Source: Octopus vulgaris (taxonomy: Eukaryota). From it: DNA of 64,000 nucleotides. The DNA is taken from NCBI GenBank assembly GCA_951406725.2, contig OX597817.1:15376001-15440000 (forward strand). The letters are read 5' to 3'. Positions 26,144 through 39,381 of this stretch are shown piece by piece. The notes under the pieces are model-generated. The model was not told the DNA's origin. It did no database searches and saw only the letters and a list, made by a program, of their open reading frames with translations. Every line of letters begins with the position of its first letter. The stretch's first letter is position 1. A program made the translations under genes and the position numbers.

Positions 26144-27033
26144 AGAGGTGGTATCAAAAAGTTCCAGGTCTAATCCTGTAACACACCAACAAATGGCAGC
26201 ATATGGTTGTGTGTGCATTGACAGCTAGTAGTGACCTTCATGAGGCAGTGTGCTGAGTGACATCATTGTGTTTACTTTGCAAGCTGTGAAATTTGTGTTT
26301 TTGTGATTATGCTGTAGTCTGCAATTTTGCCATGGACAAGGACAAAGAGTCAGCATGAAATTTTGTGATAAACTTGAGAAATCTGCTACAGAGGCATTGA
26401 ACATGTTTCAGCAAGCTTATGGCAATGAGGCAATGGTCATACACAATGTTTGTTTTCAAAGGCAGAAAAATGTCCTTGGAAGATGATGAGTGATCTAGAA
26501 AACCTGCCACAAGTGTCACCCCTGGAAATGTGGTATTGTGCACCAAGAATTCATTCCCCAGTGCCAGAGCATCGATTGATGCTCTGGCCCTGGGGAATGA
26601 ATTTGTTCTACTGTAACGTTTTGAAGTGTATGAGGGAGGACCTTTGGCGAAAGCAACTGAATCTGTGGAGTGCAAAAAATTGGACTTTTCACTGAGATCT
26701 TCTCACTTGTGAGTTTTTTGCCAAAAACATCACTTCTGCACCTGCCCTATTTGCCAGATTTAGTGTCTGTAGGTTTCCATCACTTTCCCCGAGATGAAAA
26801 TGCAGCTCAAAGATCACCATTATAACACTGTTGTTGAGATCAAGAGTGAATCGCAGAAGGTCATTGACTCATGTACAGAAAACAACTTCCTAGCTGGATT
26901 CCATAAGTGGCAGGAATGCTGGGAGTGGTGAATTGCTGTGGAAGGTGACTATTTTGAAGGAGATGATATTAAAACTTAGGTAAATATTTTTTGTTAAACA
27001 TAACTAGTCTGGGAACCTTTTGATATCACCTAG
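26144..27033 (+). mobile_element. Degenerate mariner with both TIRs
   Basis: TA|AGAGGTGGTATCAAAAAGTTCC ... GGAACCTTTTGATATCACCTAG|TA; transposase remnants (PYLPDL, EGDYFEG). Confidence 0.85.
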
Positions 27034-27299
27034 TACATATATACATAGGAACGAAATGTCAAGTTCTAGAATGTGCATTGAATTATTAAAAGAGTAATAA
27101 AATAAAGAAAGAGAAAAGAAATAAGTTAGAGAAAAAAACTGAAAATGAAATCACGTTTTCTCAAATTTTCATAAAAAAAGAAAAGAAAAATTAGAGAAAA
27201 ATACAGAAAATCAAAAGGAAATATATAAGTTTAGCATTTTCATCCTTTCCTATGAGGATCTTTCAAGCTACAGAAATTTTTCTCTTTTTGCTGTTATTG

Positions 27300-28000
27300 T
27301 TTATTTAAGTTCAGAGAAAACTATTTTATACAATGTCTCTGTTTCTAAATGACATATTGGATTGCCTCTTAAGTATTGATTAAAAATAAAATGTATTTGC
27401 TATTCCAGCAAATCTGTAAATTTTTGCTGAGATAAGTTTTCCTAGATCCTAAATAGTGTAATTGTTGCTTATGTATTCTCGTTTTACATAGGGAGCTTCT
27501 GGTGTGGCTGATTTAATATTCTTAACAAGTGGGCAATTTATTTAAAATTAAAGTTTCTTGTTCTGTATTTCAAATCCACATTTACCTTGAAGGATCATAC
27601 ATTTAAAAGATTTTTCATGCTGGAGTTAGTTTCTAAGTACTGTAGTTGTAATTTTCACTATTGCATATTACACATCTGCTATCGCTATGAATTTTTGCAG
27701 AAAATTGTGTTATTTTCTGCAATGAATTTTGCTCTTGTGAGCTGTTTTGTGAGGTACTTTTATTTGACTCTAGCTGTCTTCAATTGGGCTTTTGAGAGTA
27801 AAATCCTTTATTTTCATGCTTCAGAGATGGATTGGATAGTTTGGTTCGATAGAAGTAAATATGTTTGACACTCTTGGAACTTTAAGTGCTGACAAATAGG
27901 TTTACATTATTTCCAGTTTTTTGTTTTGGTGTTCTGAGTTACATTATATTTAGCTCCTTTGCTTTTTAAATTCCATTGCCTATTAATTTCAGTCCACCAT
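27300..28000 (-). pseudogene. Possible highly degraded LINE ORF1 (zinc-knuckle-like) relic
   Basis: A-rich minus strand with RCVICNSENY..KCMILQG..CP fragments among many stops. Confidence 0.25.
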
Positions 28001-28103
28001 GTAAGCATGTCCCAGCATCTTGATATATTTTGACATGTTGCATGATCTATATAAGCAAAAAAGGGTCATTTCTGTGGTGTTGTTTGCTTTCAGTTTTCTG
28101 AGT

Positions 28104-28322
28104 CAGTGCTTTTCAAACGTTTTGCTGGAGCGGAACCCCAAGGAAATGTTCCACTGTCTCGAGGAACCCCTGTGCAATAATTTAATAGTCTTATGCACAC
28201 ATATCTGCACAGGAGAATTAAAAATTACTGCTGATTTTAGCAGTTTTGTAACTTCTTGCGGAACCCCTGGACTGTACTGGCGGAACCCTAAGGTTCCGAG
28301 GAACTCTGGTTGAAAACCACTG
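28104..28322. mobile_element. hAT (Charlie-like) MITE
   Basis: TIR CAGTG(C/G)TTTTCAA; 8-bp TSD TTCTGAGT/CTCTGAGT; several subterminal GGAACCC motifs. Confidence 0.9.
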
Positions 28323-28599
28323 CTCTGAGTAAATATGACTGGGCTTTTGTTTGATAGACAGGAAAATTATTATCTTGCTTGGGAAAAAACTGGGAGTAGG
28401 TGTCAGAAAGGGTTTCTGGTTATGCATTCTTTTCTAACACATGCAAATATGAAAAATAGACATTAAATGATGATATGGCCGCAGCCTTCGGGCTAAAACA
28501 TTTTTAAGGATTTAAGGATATGAATAGATGTCTAAGAAACCATAAATAAAAAAAAAATATATATACTCATATATTTGTCAATAGAGTGGATATCTTAAT

Positions 28600-29117
28600 C
28601 AAAGGTACTGTATTATATATCCATTACGGTTAGTCTTACTAATTGGCTTTGCCCTAGGTATTAAATTAGATGTTAGATAACAGAACGGTTATGTAAAACT
28701 GTGTTCCTGTCAGAGCTATCAGTTATGAAAAATACATAGCAACTGCTCCCATAACCAGAGGTAAAAAAAAACTGCATCCAGTTTATGGGTGCTGTGAAAA
28801 AAAAAAGATGAAATGGACTGGGTTGTATCAAGAGTTATGTCCCTTGGCCCCTAGGTCATAACACTTGTACAGTTTGTTACACCTTTTCCCACAAACTGGA
28901 CAAGGATTGTGGGCACTGTGAAAATGCTCACAAACTGGAAGTGGTTTGTGGGCACTGTGAATGAAGAGTAGTTGACATTTTTTTTTTCCAAACCTGCTAG
29001 CTGTGATGAGCAAGTAGTATTTTGTAACCATACAGTTATCTAACACCTAGTTTAATACCCAGTGCAAAACCATTTGTTAAGGTCAGCTGTAATAGGTATA
29101 TAATACTGTACATTTTG
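28600..29117. mobile_element. MITE with ~95-bp imperfect terminal inverted repeats
   Basis: GTACTGTATTATATA...GGTATTAAATTAGATGTTAGATAAC versus GTTATCTAACACCTAGTTTAATACC...TATATAATACTGTAC. Confidence 0.75.
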
Positions 29118-29359
29118 TATGTATGTAGATATATATGAATACATACATACAAATACATATATGGAGATGAGTACCGATGTCTCATGTAACAGGCCAGATA
29201 ATTGCTGAGAATTCTCTGCATGAAACCAATGGTAGCCTTGTTAACCCACAAGTAAAGTTGAAACCTTGCTAAATCAAACTGGAGTCTGGTGCAACTCCCC
29301 AGCTCTGGTCAAGCCATTCAACTAATATCAGCATGGACAACAGACACTCAATGATGATG

Positions 29360-29403
<44 letters not shown>

Positions 29404-29406
<3 letters not shown>

Positions 29407-29626
29407 TTATAAAATGAGATAGGGGTTGAAAATTCAACCCACCGTGGGATAATATATATCCAATATACTGCTAGAGAAGTACCCAACAAGACTAATACAT
29501 AAATGTTAAAAATTGCCAAGCAATTAGTCCATCTACTGTATTATATGGGCAAAGGTAAAAATATTACCGTAAATTAATACTACAAAATTAGAAAATGGAG
29601 TTCTCCATTTTCTAATTTTGTAGTAT
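29404..29626. mobile_element. Short insert in (TA)n ending in a perfect 24-bp inverted repeat
   Basis: ATACTACAAAATTAGAAAATGGAG-TT-CTCCATTTTCTAATTTTGTAGTAT at 29577-29626. Confidence 0.6.
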
Positions 29627-30337
29627 ATATATATATATATATATAATCATCATCGTTTAATGTCTGCTTCCCATGCTAAACACACACACTTACACTCACC
29701 ACAGATATAGCATCATCATTATCATTATCATGATGTCTATCTTCTATACTGGTGTGAATTGGGTGGTTTGACAGGACCTGATGAGTTAGAAGACTACATG
29801 ATGCACCAATGTCTAATTTGGCACAGTTTCTATGCCCAGATGCTCTTCCTAATGCTAACCACTTTACAGAGTGTACCAGCACTAGCAAGATCACCAGGTA
29901 GCTCACAAAGGTAAGATCTCCTTTGACTGGATGGGGATGCACTAGGGAGTGAGGCAGCTTTATGCTAGCTGAGGAAAGGTTAGAGTATGAAAAAGAGCGG
30001 GAACAGATTTCCTGTTGTAGAGGAGGTTGCTCACATTATACATGAGATAATGAAAGTAATCAGTGTGGAGCAGGAAAGTGAGATGAAGACAGTGGTAATG
30101 AGGTGCCAAAGTGGACATGGGGGGGGGGAGGAGTGGGCATGGGGGTAGAAAAACAAGGTGGGTGGTTGGGTTAAGGTTTAAATGATTATATTCTTATTCT
30201 GAAAAATTTGGGTAGGGTCACTATTCAAATTCAATACACGTTGCTTGCTTAATGTAATACATGCTAATGAGGATTACCATGACAATGAAGATGAAAAGAA
30301 CCCCACCTACATGAATATATATATATATATATATATT

Positions 30338-30670
30338 TAAGACCCCCTTCGGTCATGAATGACCATGGGATTGCACCTAGAAAGTTACCCTCCTAGACAC
30401 AAGTCCGGGCAAGGTTGTTTATGGAAGACCAGCAGTCGCCCATGCATACCAGCCTCCCTTCTCCACGCCACCAGTGTTATCCAAGGGAAAGACAAAGGTC
30501 GATACAGCTTGGCACCAGCGACGTCGCAACTCATTTTTACAGCTGAGTGAACTGGAGCAACGTGAAATAAAGTGCCTTGCTCAAGAACACAACACGCAGC
30601 CCGGTCCGGGATTCGAGCTCACAACCTCACGATCGTAAGCTCGACGCTCTAACCACTGAGCCATGCGCCT

Positions 30671-30674
<4 letters not shown>
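30338..30674 (-). mobile_element. tRNA-derived SINE family E
   Basis: Minus head GTGAAGGCGCATGGCTCAGTGGTTAGAGC...CTCGAATCCC then GTGTTGTGTTCTTGAGCAAGGCAC core. Confidence 0.9.
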
Positions 30675-30708
<34 letters not shown>

Positions 30709-30710
30709 TA

Positions 30711-31205
30711 GCGAAGACTGAGACACCAACTTGCAACATCAGTACCAGCTCCGATCAGGCAGAAGTCTTCAGACGATGCAAGCTTATCGTTTGGGATGAA
30801 TGCACGATGGCCCACAGAGGTGCTCTTGAGGCACTAGATAGATCTCTCAGAGATATCAAACACTCTTCAGCTCCCATGGGAGGCATAACACTTCTTCTTT
30901 CAGGGGACTTCCGACAAACACTTCCCGTTATTCCCAAAGGTACTAGAACTGATGCAGTAAGTGCGTGTCTTAAGTCATCCACATTGTGGCCACTGGTGAA
31001 GACTCTCAAACTTCACACCAATATGCGTGCTCATATGCAACGTAATATCACATCAGCAGCATTTTCTCACACCCTCCTTGCACTTGGCGAAGGCAAAATA
31101 CCAGGGGATGAAAATGGTAATATTGCCATCGATTCCATTTGTACCATTGTTAAAACGCCTTCTGATCTCAGAGATGCAGTGTTCCCAGATCTACAAGTTA
31201 ATTAT
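30711..31205 (+). mobile_element. Helitron PIF1-like helicase fragment
   Basis: LIVWDECTM (Walker B), GGITLLLSGDFRQTLPVI (motif III), LHTNMR, LLALGEG; about 165 codons open; (TA)n on both sides. Confidence 0.9.
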
Positions 31206-31232
31206 ACTACAAATTTCTCCATTTTCTTATCT

Positions 31233-31273
<41 letters not shown>

Positions 31274-32669
31274 TTTATTTAAAGCAGCAGAAAATTCAAC
31301 AAAACCTGTTACTTTGAGTTTACTCTGGTATATATATATATATATATTCATACACTTTAGGTTAAGTTAATGTGAGAATAATTCCTTTACTGAAAAATAC
31401 TTCAAGATGCTTGACTCCTTTTCCCTTTCATTGCATTTAAGCCAATTTCATATAAATGTTTGTGTAGGGAGTGCACCCAAGAAAGATTATTACTACATGA
31501 ATGATCCTGATACTGATAGAACTGGTCCAATTTTTAAAAAATTCATTGTTTGAATTGCATGCATAGGGAGATATATTTGGATTTAAAGTTTCTCTATAGT
31601 TTTGTGTGTGTGTGTGTGGGGGGGGGGATTGTTATTATATTTTTATAAGAATATTTATGTGCAACTTCAATACTTTTTATTTTTTTCCATTTCAGGTCAA
31701 TCATTCCATCAAGGGATTCATCTGTTGCTAGAAATAATGATTTGGGTTGTTTAAGAAAGACAAAACATCAATACACTTTCAGTATTTCTGAATATAGAAA
31801 TATGATTTTTCTTTTCTAGTTAAAATGATAGAAAAATATTGAACCATTTCACTTCTCACAGTTTAACTTCAATTGCCTCCCAGTCTATTTTACAAATCTA
31901 CTTTTTTCTCCCATTTTTTTTTTTTTTTTGTTGGAGTTATAGATCCGAATGATATAACTCTTGTCAATATTGATATTAAAAACTCAATCCAGGTAAAGAC
32001 TTGATTGATTTATTTGCTTATTGATAATAGACCAGATCACATACATAAATCTGTCATACATACATACGTATGTATGTACATACATACATACATAAATGCA
32101 TGCAAATAATATAAACATCCATCAAACTCATTGTTTACTAAGAAAACTTTGTAAACTTTTGTTGAGTAAACAATGGACCTGATGTATATTTTTTAAGACA
32201 TAAAGCTTGAAGTTACACATATATAATCTGTTGTTTGTATTGCTTTATAATATATATATATATACACACACACACACATGCACCTCTCTCTCTTTATATG
32301 TATTGATTATATATCAGTCAGTTGTTCATAAGCACCCCCACCAAAACAAAAAGTACATGCTAAAATCTTTTGAGTAGTAATATGTAATGTGGTCATTGAC
32401 TTATGTCAGGAAGTTGCAACTGATTTTGCTCTTCGCAATATAGGCGACACCCAAGACTTGCTGGCTGGAGGCACATAACTTCTCTGGAAAAAGGAGATAG
32501 GAATACAGTCTTGGTCAGCCAAGGTTTTGAAAAAAACAAATTCTGAAATGAAATTTTACAAAGTGAAATCCTTTCTGATTGAGATGGCGTTATCTTTTTG
32601 TAACCGGTTCCAGTTTTGTCCTAAAAGGGTCAGTCTATGCAGTTTCCTTTCACTAGTCAGCAAAGGGAA

Positions 32670-32945
32670 TTCCATGTTACCAACATGAATTTTCTCTCAT
32701 GAGGGCACTGACTAAACATTTCAGTTTCAGAATTTAAGAAAGCCCCTGGGTCAAGCAAATTCATTAAGATCCTTACCCTCTCAGTCATGCAAAGTTTGCA
32801 TCATCTAGCCCCATTGAGATATAGTCCAGGAGCTTCCATTTAATTCTTTATGGCACATCCTCTGCTTTTAAACACCATGTGTAGTTGGCCAAGGATGTAA
32901 TGTTGCATCTCTCTGGGTTCCTAAAAGAGGACCTGTGGCTATTTA
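32670..32945 (-). pseudogene. Penelope-like element GIY-YIG endonuclease C-terminal relic
   Basis: NSHRSSFRNPERCNITSLANYTWCLK...IKWKLLD..YLNGAR*CKLCMTERVRIL...LNSETEMFSQCPHERKFML matches PLE H-SSFR...T-LS--IW-LK...I-W-IL...C-LC--EK..LN-R-E----C-H. Confidence 0.8.
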
Positions 32946-33419
32946 GCTGTCAACTGACAAGGTTTTTCATTGTTCCAACATATTTTTGTTCATGTATCCT
33001 TATGTCATTGGTGGTACTGCTGCTGATGTTGTTGTTGCTGCTGCTATTGCTACCATATGTACTATTGGTGCTGCTGTTATTGTTGTTGCTGCAGCTATTG
33101 CTACTGACCACATTATATATATATTTGTTTTCTTTTATGTCTGTTTTTCCAGACTAATATGGAAATTATTATAACTGCAGCATTATTTTACAGCTGGATG
33201 CCATTGCTGTTGCTAATCTGTGCCTGTTCTGCAAGTACAGCGATTTCTTATTCCTCATGTCTTCAAAGGTACAGAGACAGTACACAATTTATTACCAGGG
33301 AAAATGATACCAATATCACCATTTGAGCTCAGCAGTTTTCAGAGACATACAAATGTAAACAGGCAAAGATATATATATATATACTTTAATGTATGTATAT
33401 ATTTTTGAGATACATTTTA

Positions 33420-33762
33420 AGATGCCAGCGCCGCCTCGACTGGCTTCTGTGCCAGTGACACATAAAAAGCACCATCCGAACGTGGACAATGCCAGCGCCG
33501 CCTTGACTGGCTTCCATGCCGGTGGCACGTTAAAAGCACCAACTGATCGTGGCCAATGCCAGACTCCCCTGGCACCTGTGCTGGTGGCACGTAAAAAGCA
33601 CCCACTACACTCGCAGAATGGTTGGCGTTAGGAAGGGCATCCAGCTGTAGAAACACTGCCAGATCAGACTGGAGCCTGGTGCAGCCCCTAGCTTCCCAGA
33701 ACCCGGTCGAACCGTCCAACCTGTGCTAGCGCGGAAAACGGACATTAAACGATGATGATGAT
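33420..33762 (+). mobile_element. SINE family C
   Basis: Internal repeats and tail. Confidence 0.8.
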
Positions 33763-33865
33763 TTTTTAGTTTACATCTACCAAATTCATTCTCAAGGCAT
33801 GTACCTGTACACACACACACACACACAAGTTGATTGAGTCTGCTGCATCCATTTTCCAATGCTAG

Positions 33866-34270
33866 TACTCTTTTACTCTTTTACTTGTTTCAGTCATTTG
33901 ACTGCGGCCATGCTGGAGCACCGCCTTTTGTCGAGCTAATTAACCCCAGGACTTATTCTTTGTAAGCCTAGTACTTATTCTATCAGTCTCTTTTGCCGAA
34001 CCGCTAAGTTACAGGGACGTAAGTACACCACCATCAGTTGTCAAGTGATGTTGGGGAGACAAACACAGACACACAAACATACATACATATATATATACAT
34101 ATATACGACGGGCTTCTCTCAGTTTCCGTCTACCAAATCCACTCGCAAAGCTTTGGTCGGCCTGAGGTTTTGTAGAAAACACTTGTTCAAGGTGCCATGC
34201 AGTGGGAATGAACTCGGAACCATGTGGTTGGTAAGCAAACTACTTACCACACAGCCACTCCTGCGCCTAT
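33866..34270 (-). mobile_element. SINE family A
   Basis: Full-length reverse copy. Confidence 0.9.
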
Positions 34271-34414
34271 AGCATGGGATTAATTTTGATCAAGCAACTG
34301 ATTTTTACAGTTTACAATCTTTCTATTACGAACTACTGTGTCAGGGACTTGTTTTTTTGTCAAGAATGCAAACAAAACCAAGCAGAATTATGTATCTTGC
34401 TCTGTAGCACAACA

Positions 34415-34800
34415 ATCATCATCATCATCATCATCATCATCATTTAACGTCCGCTTTCCATGCTGGCATGGGTTGGACGGTTCAACTGGGGTCTGTGAAG
34501 CCAGAAGGCTGCACCAGACTCCAGTCTGATCTGGCAGTGTTTCTACAGCTGGATGCCCTTCCTAACGCCAACCACTCCGCGAGTGTAGTGGGTGATTTTT
34601 ACGTGCCACCAGCACGGGGACCAGATGAAACTGGCAACGGCCATGGTCAGATGGTGCTTTTTACGTGCCACCGGCACGGAGGCCAGTCGGGCGACACTGG
34701 CTACGGCCACATTCAGATGGTTCTCTTACGTGCCACCGGCACTGGTATCACAGCTACAAATTCTATTGATGTTGATAGATTACGATTTTGATGTTGATTT
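34415..34800 (-). mobile_element. SINE family C
   Basis: (CAT)n then reverse-complement tail and internal repeats. Confidence 0.85.
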
Positions 34801-35126
34801 TGATTTCATTGCAGTAATATTTGAGCTCCTGAAGGTGGTGAGCTGGCACAATCATTAACACACCAGACAAAATGCCCAGCAGCATTTTGTCCATCTTTAC
34901 GTTAAAGAGTTCAAATTCTGTTGAGGTTGGACTTTTACTTTCATCATTTCAGGGTCAATAAAATAAGTACCAGTTGAATACTGGGATTGATGTAGTTGAT
35001 TTTCTCACTTTCCCAAAATTGCTAGCGTTGTACCAAAATTTGAAAACAATATTTGAAATCCTCACCATATTGTTGATAATCCAGCACTTCACGCACAAAC
35101 ACACAAATATATATACATGCACATAT

Positions 35127-35830
35127 GCAAGGGTTGTAACAAAAGTAATGCAAAAGTGGGTTATAACTGACAACTTTTTCATTAATTGTCACAGGTCAGT
35201 CAAATTGCACACATGTTGCTAGAATAACTTTTCCTCTATAGCAAAACAGTGGGTTATCATTGAGTTCTTGATGAAAGAGAGTTGCAAGCTGTCCAACATG
35301 TACGGAAGAGTAATGCAACGATATGAATTGCCAGCAAGTGGAAGAATTTCAGTGAATTTGATGCACAACTGGACTATGGTTACAATGCATATTACAGAAG
35401 ACAGTGGAAGATTTTGAGTATTGGAAAGTGTGAGCAAAGTGGGCACCCAGAAGCTGGTACCCAGTTTGAAGGAAATCATTCATCATTTAACGTCCGCTTT
35501 CCATGGGTTGGACAATTTGACTGAGGTTTGGTGAACCAGATGGCTGCACCAGACTCCAGTCTGACCTGGCAGAGTTTCTACAGCTGGATGCCCTTCCTAA
35601 CTCCAACCACTCCGAGAGTGTAGTGGGTGGTTTTATGTGCCACCGGCATAAGGGCCAGTCAGGCAGTACTCACTGAAGCCACGCTCAAATGGTGCTTTTT
35701 ATGTGCCACCTGCACAGGTGCCAGTCCAGCGGTTCTCTTCTACAGGGAGTGTTTGAAGCTGATACAACATGTTTTCCAAACTGGTGACAGAAGATGAAAT
35801 GTGGCCATATTTTTATGATCCAACCTCTTG
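35127..35830 (+). mobile_element. Mariner relic interrupted by SINE C (35479-35735)
   Basis: KQWVIIEFLMKE, AKWAPR, LVTEDEMWPYFYDP transposase remnants. Confidence 0.65.
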
Positions 35831-36313
35831 TGTTTATATAAATCCTTAAAATTGTTTTAGCCTGAAGGCCGCAGCCATGCTGGGGGACCACCGTTATATA
35901 TATAACATGTAATAAGTACATAACCGATTGTGGCCGATGGCAGACACCCCTGGCACCTGTGCCGGTGGCACGTAAAAAGCACCCACTACACTAGCGGAGT
36001 GGTTGGTGTTAGGAAGGGCATCCAGCTGTAGAAACACTGCCAGATCAGACTGGAGCCTGGTGCAGCCCCTGGCTTCCCAGACCCCGGTCGAACCGTCCAA
36101 CCTGTGTTAGTGCGGAAAACGGACGTTAAACGATGATGATGATGATGATGATGATGACATTATACCATATACATTTCAACACCAGCACAGAAAGTAGATG
36201 TTAAATGATGATGATATCATAAGTATATATAATATATGCAACAAGTAATACGTATATATTACACTCACACACACACACACACATATATACAGACACACAT
36301 GCACAATAGATAT

Positions 36314-37090
36314 AGTTGTGTTGTAAGAAGTTTGCTTTTTAAACACATGTTTCCAAGTTCAGTCCCACTGCAGGATCTTCTGATTTAGGGTTAGGCCAAC
36401 AAAATCCTTGTGGGTGGATTTGGTAGACAGAAACTATAAAAAGCTGCGAGCTGACAGAAACGTTAGCACGCCGGGCGAAATGCTTAGCAGTATTTCGTCT
36501 ACAGTTACGTTCTGAGTTCAAATTCCGCCGAGGTCGACTTTGCCTTTCATCCTTTCGGGGTCGATAAATTAAATACCCAAATGATCGTGGGGTAACTCGA
36601 ACAAGGCTTATCTGGGGTTAAGCCGCAAAAATACCAAAATCTTCATTAACATCTATGTGTTAATAACAACTTCATCAATAAGGCGGCGAGCTGGCAGAAC
36701 CCTTAGCATGCCAGGCGAAATGGTTAGCAGTATTTCGTCTGCCGTTATGTCCTGAGTTCAAATTCCGCCGAGGTCGACTTTGCCTTTCATTCTTTCGGGG
36801 TCGATAAATTAAATACCAGTTACGCACTGGGGTCAATGTCATCGACTTAATCCCTTTGTCTGTCCTTGTTTGTCCCTTCTATGTTTAGCCCCTTGTGGGC
36901 AATAAAGAAATAAGAAACTATAAAAAGCTTGTGTGTGTGTGTGTGTGTGTATTTATGTATGTGTGTGTCTTTGTGCTTGTTCCCACCACCACTTGATATG
37001 TAACTTAGCAGTTTGGTAAAAGAGACCAATAGCATAAGTACCAGGCTTCAAAACGATAAGTACTGGGATTGGTTCATTTGACTAAAACCC
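36314..37090 (+). mobile_element. Diverged SINE A containing a composite SINE B insert (36446-36912)
   Basis: 17-bp TSD AGAAACTATAAAAAGCT at 36429-36445 and 36913-36929. Confidence 0.85.
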
Positions 37091-37329
37091 TTTGACTATA
37101 AAAAAAAAAAAATAAATGTATAAAAATTCTCATTTGTCTTCAGTCATCTGTGAAAATATGTTTTGAGCATTGAGCTGTCTGTACTTGAAGGACTAGGGGT
37201 CTGCTCGAGGATTAGCAACAGGAAGATCCTCCAGTCTTGGAAAATATAAATCTGCCTCACTGAGATTTGTCTGACCCAAACAAGCGTGAAAAATGGATGT
37301 TAAAACTGATGACGATGATGATATCATCA

Positions 37330-37486
37330 TACATATATATATATATATACATACATACATATATATATATACATACATATATATATATACATACATATAT
37401 ATATATACATACATATATATATATACATACATATATATATATATACGTATATATATACATATATATATACATATATATATATGTAC

Positions 37487-37546
<60 letters not shown>

Positions 37547-37565
37547 GTATATATATATATGTATG

Positions 37566-37616
<51 letters not shown>

Positions 37617-37697
37617 TCATCATATATATATATATATATACACACATATATATATATATATATATATGGGTGGGGGCTGTGTGTGTATGATGATATC

Positions 37698-37788
<91 letters not shown>

Positions 37789-37792
37789 TATA

Positions 37793-37832
<40 letters not shown>

Positions 37833-37855
37833 GATGATGATGATATATATATATA
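37330..37855. repeat. (TA)n/(TACA) compound microsatellite
   Basis: Direct reading. Confidence 0.97.
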
Positions 37856-38704
37856 AAACGTCACAAAATTTGGAGCTTATATACTCAGTCCTATCAACTG
37901 CTTGGTGTATTTTCTTTATTTTTATGGATTTAATTTTTTTTTTTCCTTTTAAAACCTCCATATTACTTTATTCTATTCTACTTCTTTTAACTTTATATAC
38001 CATTTGGTTGAAGAAATATTTCATCACATACAATCCCAGTTCACATGTATACCTAGAAGCATCTGGTTTATTGTTTTTTGGGGACCCAGTTCAGCCCTGA
38101 TTGAGCAGACCTTTAATGAATAGTATTCCAGCTGTGACCATCTCATCTATTCTGTAAATCTAAGATATAGTTCAATATGTCCTTCATATTTTTTTTTTTT
38201 TTTGCTAAGATGTTTAGAGTTTGTGATGTAATGTCTGTAGTGGTGGTTGGGGAATGATCTATCTGCTATTTCTAGCAGGTCTTGTGACCACATAAAGGTT
38301 CTCTCTTTGAAACATGATTTTATTGCTAGCGGACTTTCAGTCTTGTCCAATCATATCAAGCTATATCATATCCAAATAATCAATCAACCCCCATATACAC
38401 ATAGATATTAAATTATTTTTTTCCTATAGGAAAGATAATTTTTAAAGCAGGAAATCAATTTCACAAACAGATTTATTTACATATTTTTTGTTTTGTGACC
38501 ATATCAACTTATTCTGAAATATGAAAGTGCTGGTATTTCCAAAGATTTTCCTAAATTATATTTAAACAAGTTGATAACATTAAATTTCTATTGTTTTTAA
38601 TGAGGTTTGAGCTAAGCCTGTTTTTAGCAAATAATCTTGGAGGTATATTCAATTTATATTTGACATTTATCTTCAATTTATATTTGTATTCCATGCAAAG
38701 AAAC

Positions 38705-39040
38705 ACATACATACACACATACGTACATACATACATACATATATACATACATACGTACATCCATCCATACATACATACATACGTATGTACATACGTACGT
38801 ACATACATACGTACGTACATACATACGTACGTACGTACATACATACATACATACGTACGTACGTACATACATACATACGTACGTACTTACATACGTACAT
38901 ACATATATACATACATACATACATAAATAATACATACATACATACGTACATACATACAAAATACATACATACATACATACATACGTACGTACGTGTGTGT
39001 GTGTATGTGTGCATGTGTGTGTGTGCGTGTGTGTGTGTGA
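38705..39040. repeat. (TACA/TACG)n followed by (GT)n
   Basis: Direct reading. Confidence 0.97.
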
Positions 39041-39381
39041 GGGAAAGAGAGAGAACAGGAAATATAGAAGGAAAGAAAACGCCAGTGCTGAAGAAAACAG
39101 GTTCCATTGATTAATCAATCTGTAGCTTCTAATTACAGTTTACATTCTTGTACACACACACACACACACACAGAGGAGGGGGAAAAATCATTCGAATTAT
39201 TAGCAAAAAAAAAAAAAAAAAAGGAGGGGGAAAGAAAGAAAAGTTCCAACACAAAAAGTAAGTTGAAAATCGTATTAAAAGAAACTTTAAATGACGTATT
39301 CTGTACTAAAGCAAAACAAATTTATCTACAAAAATAGCTATTTTCTTTTTTTTTGTATTCACATTGGTATAGTCAATTTAC

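Noticed and set aside
30663-31370. Host PIF1 helicase gene
   Set aside because: Intronless internal slice with Helitron-type motifs; ORF start and end lie in SINE and (TA)n sequence
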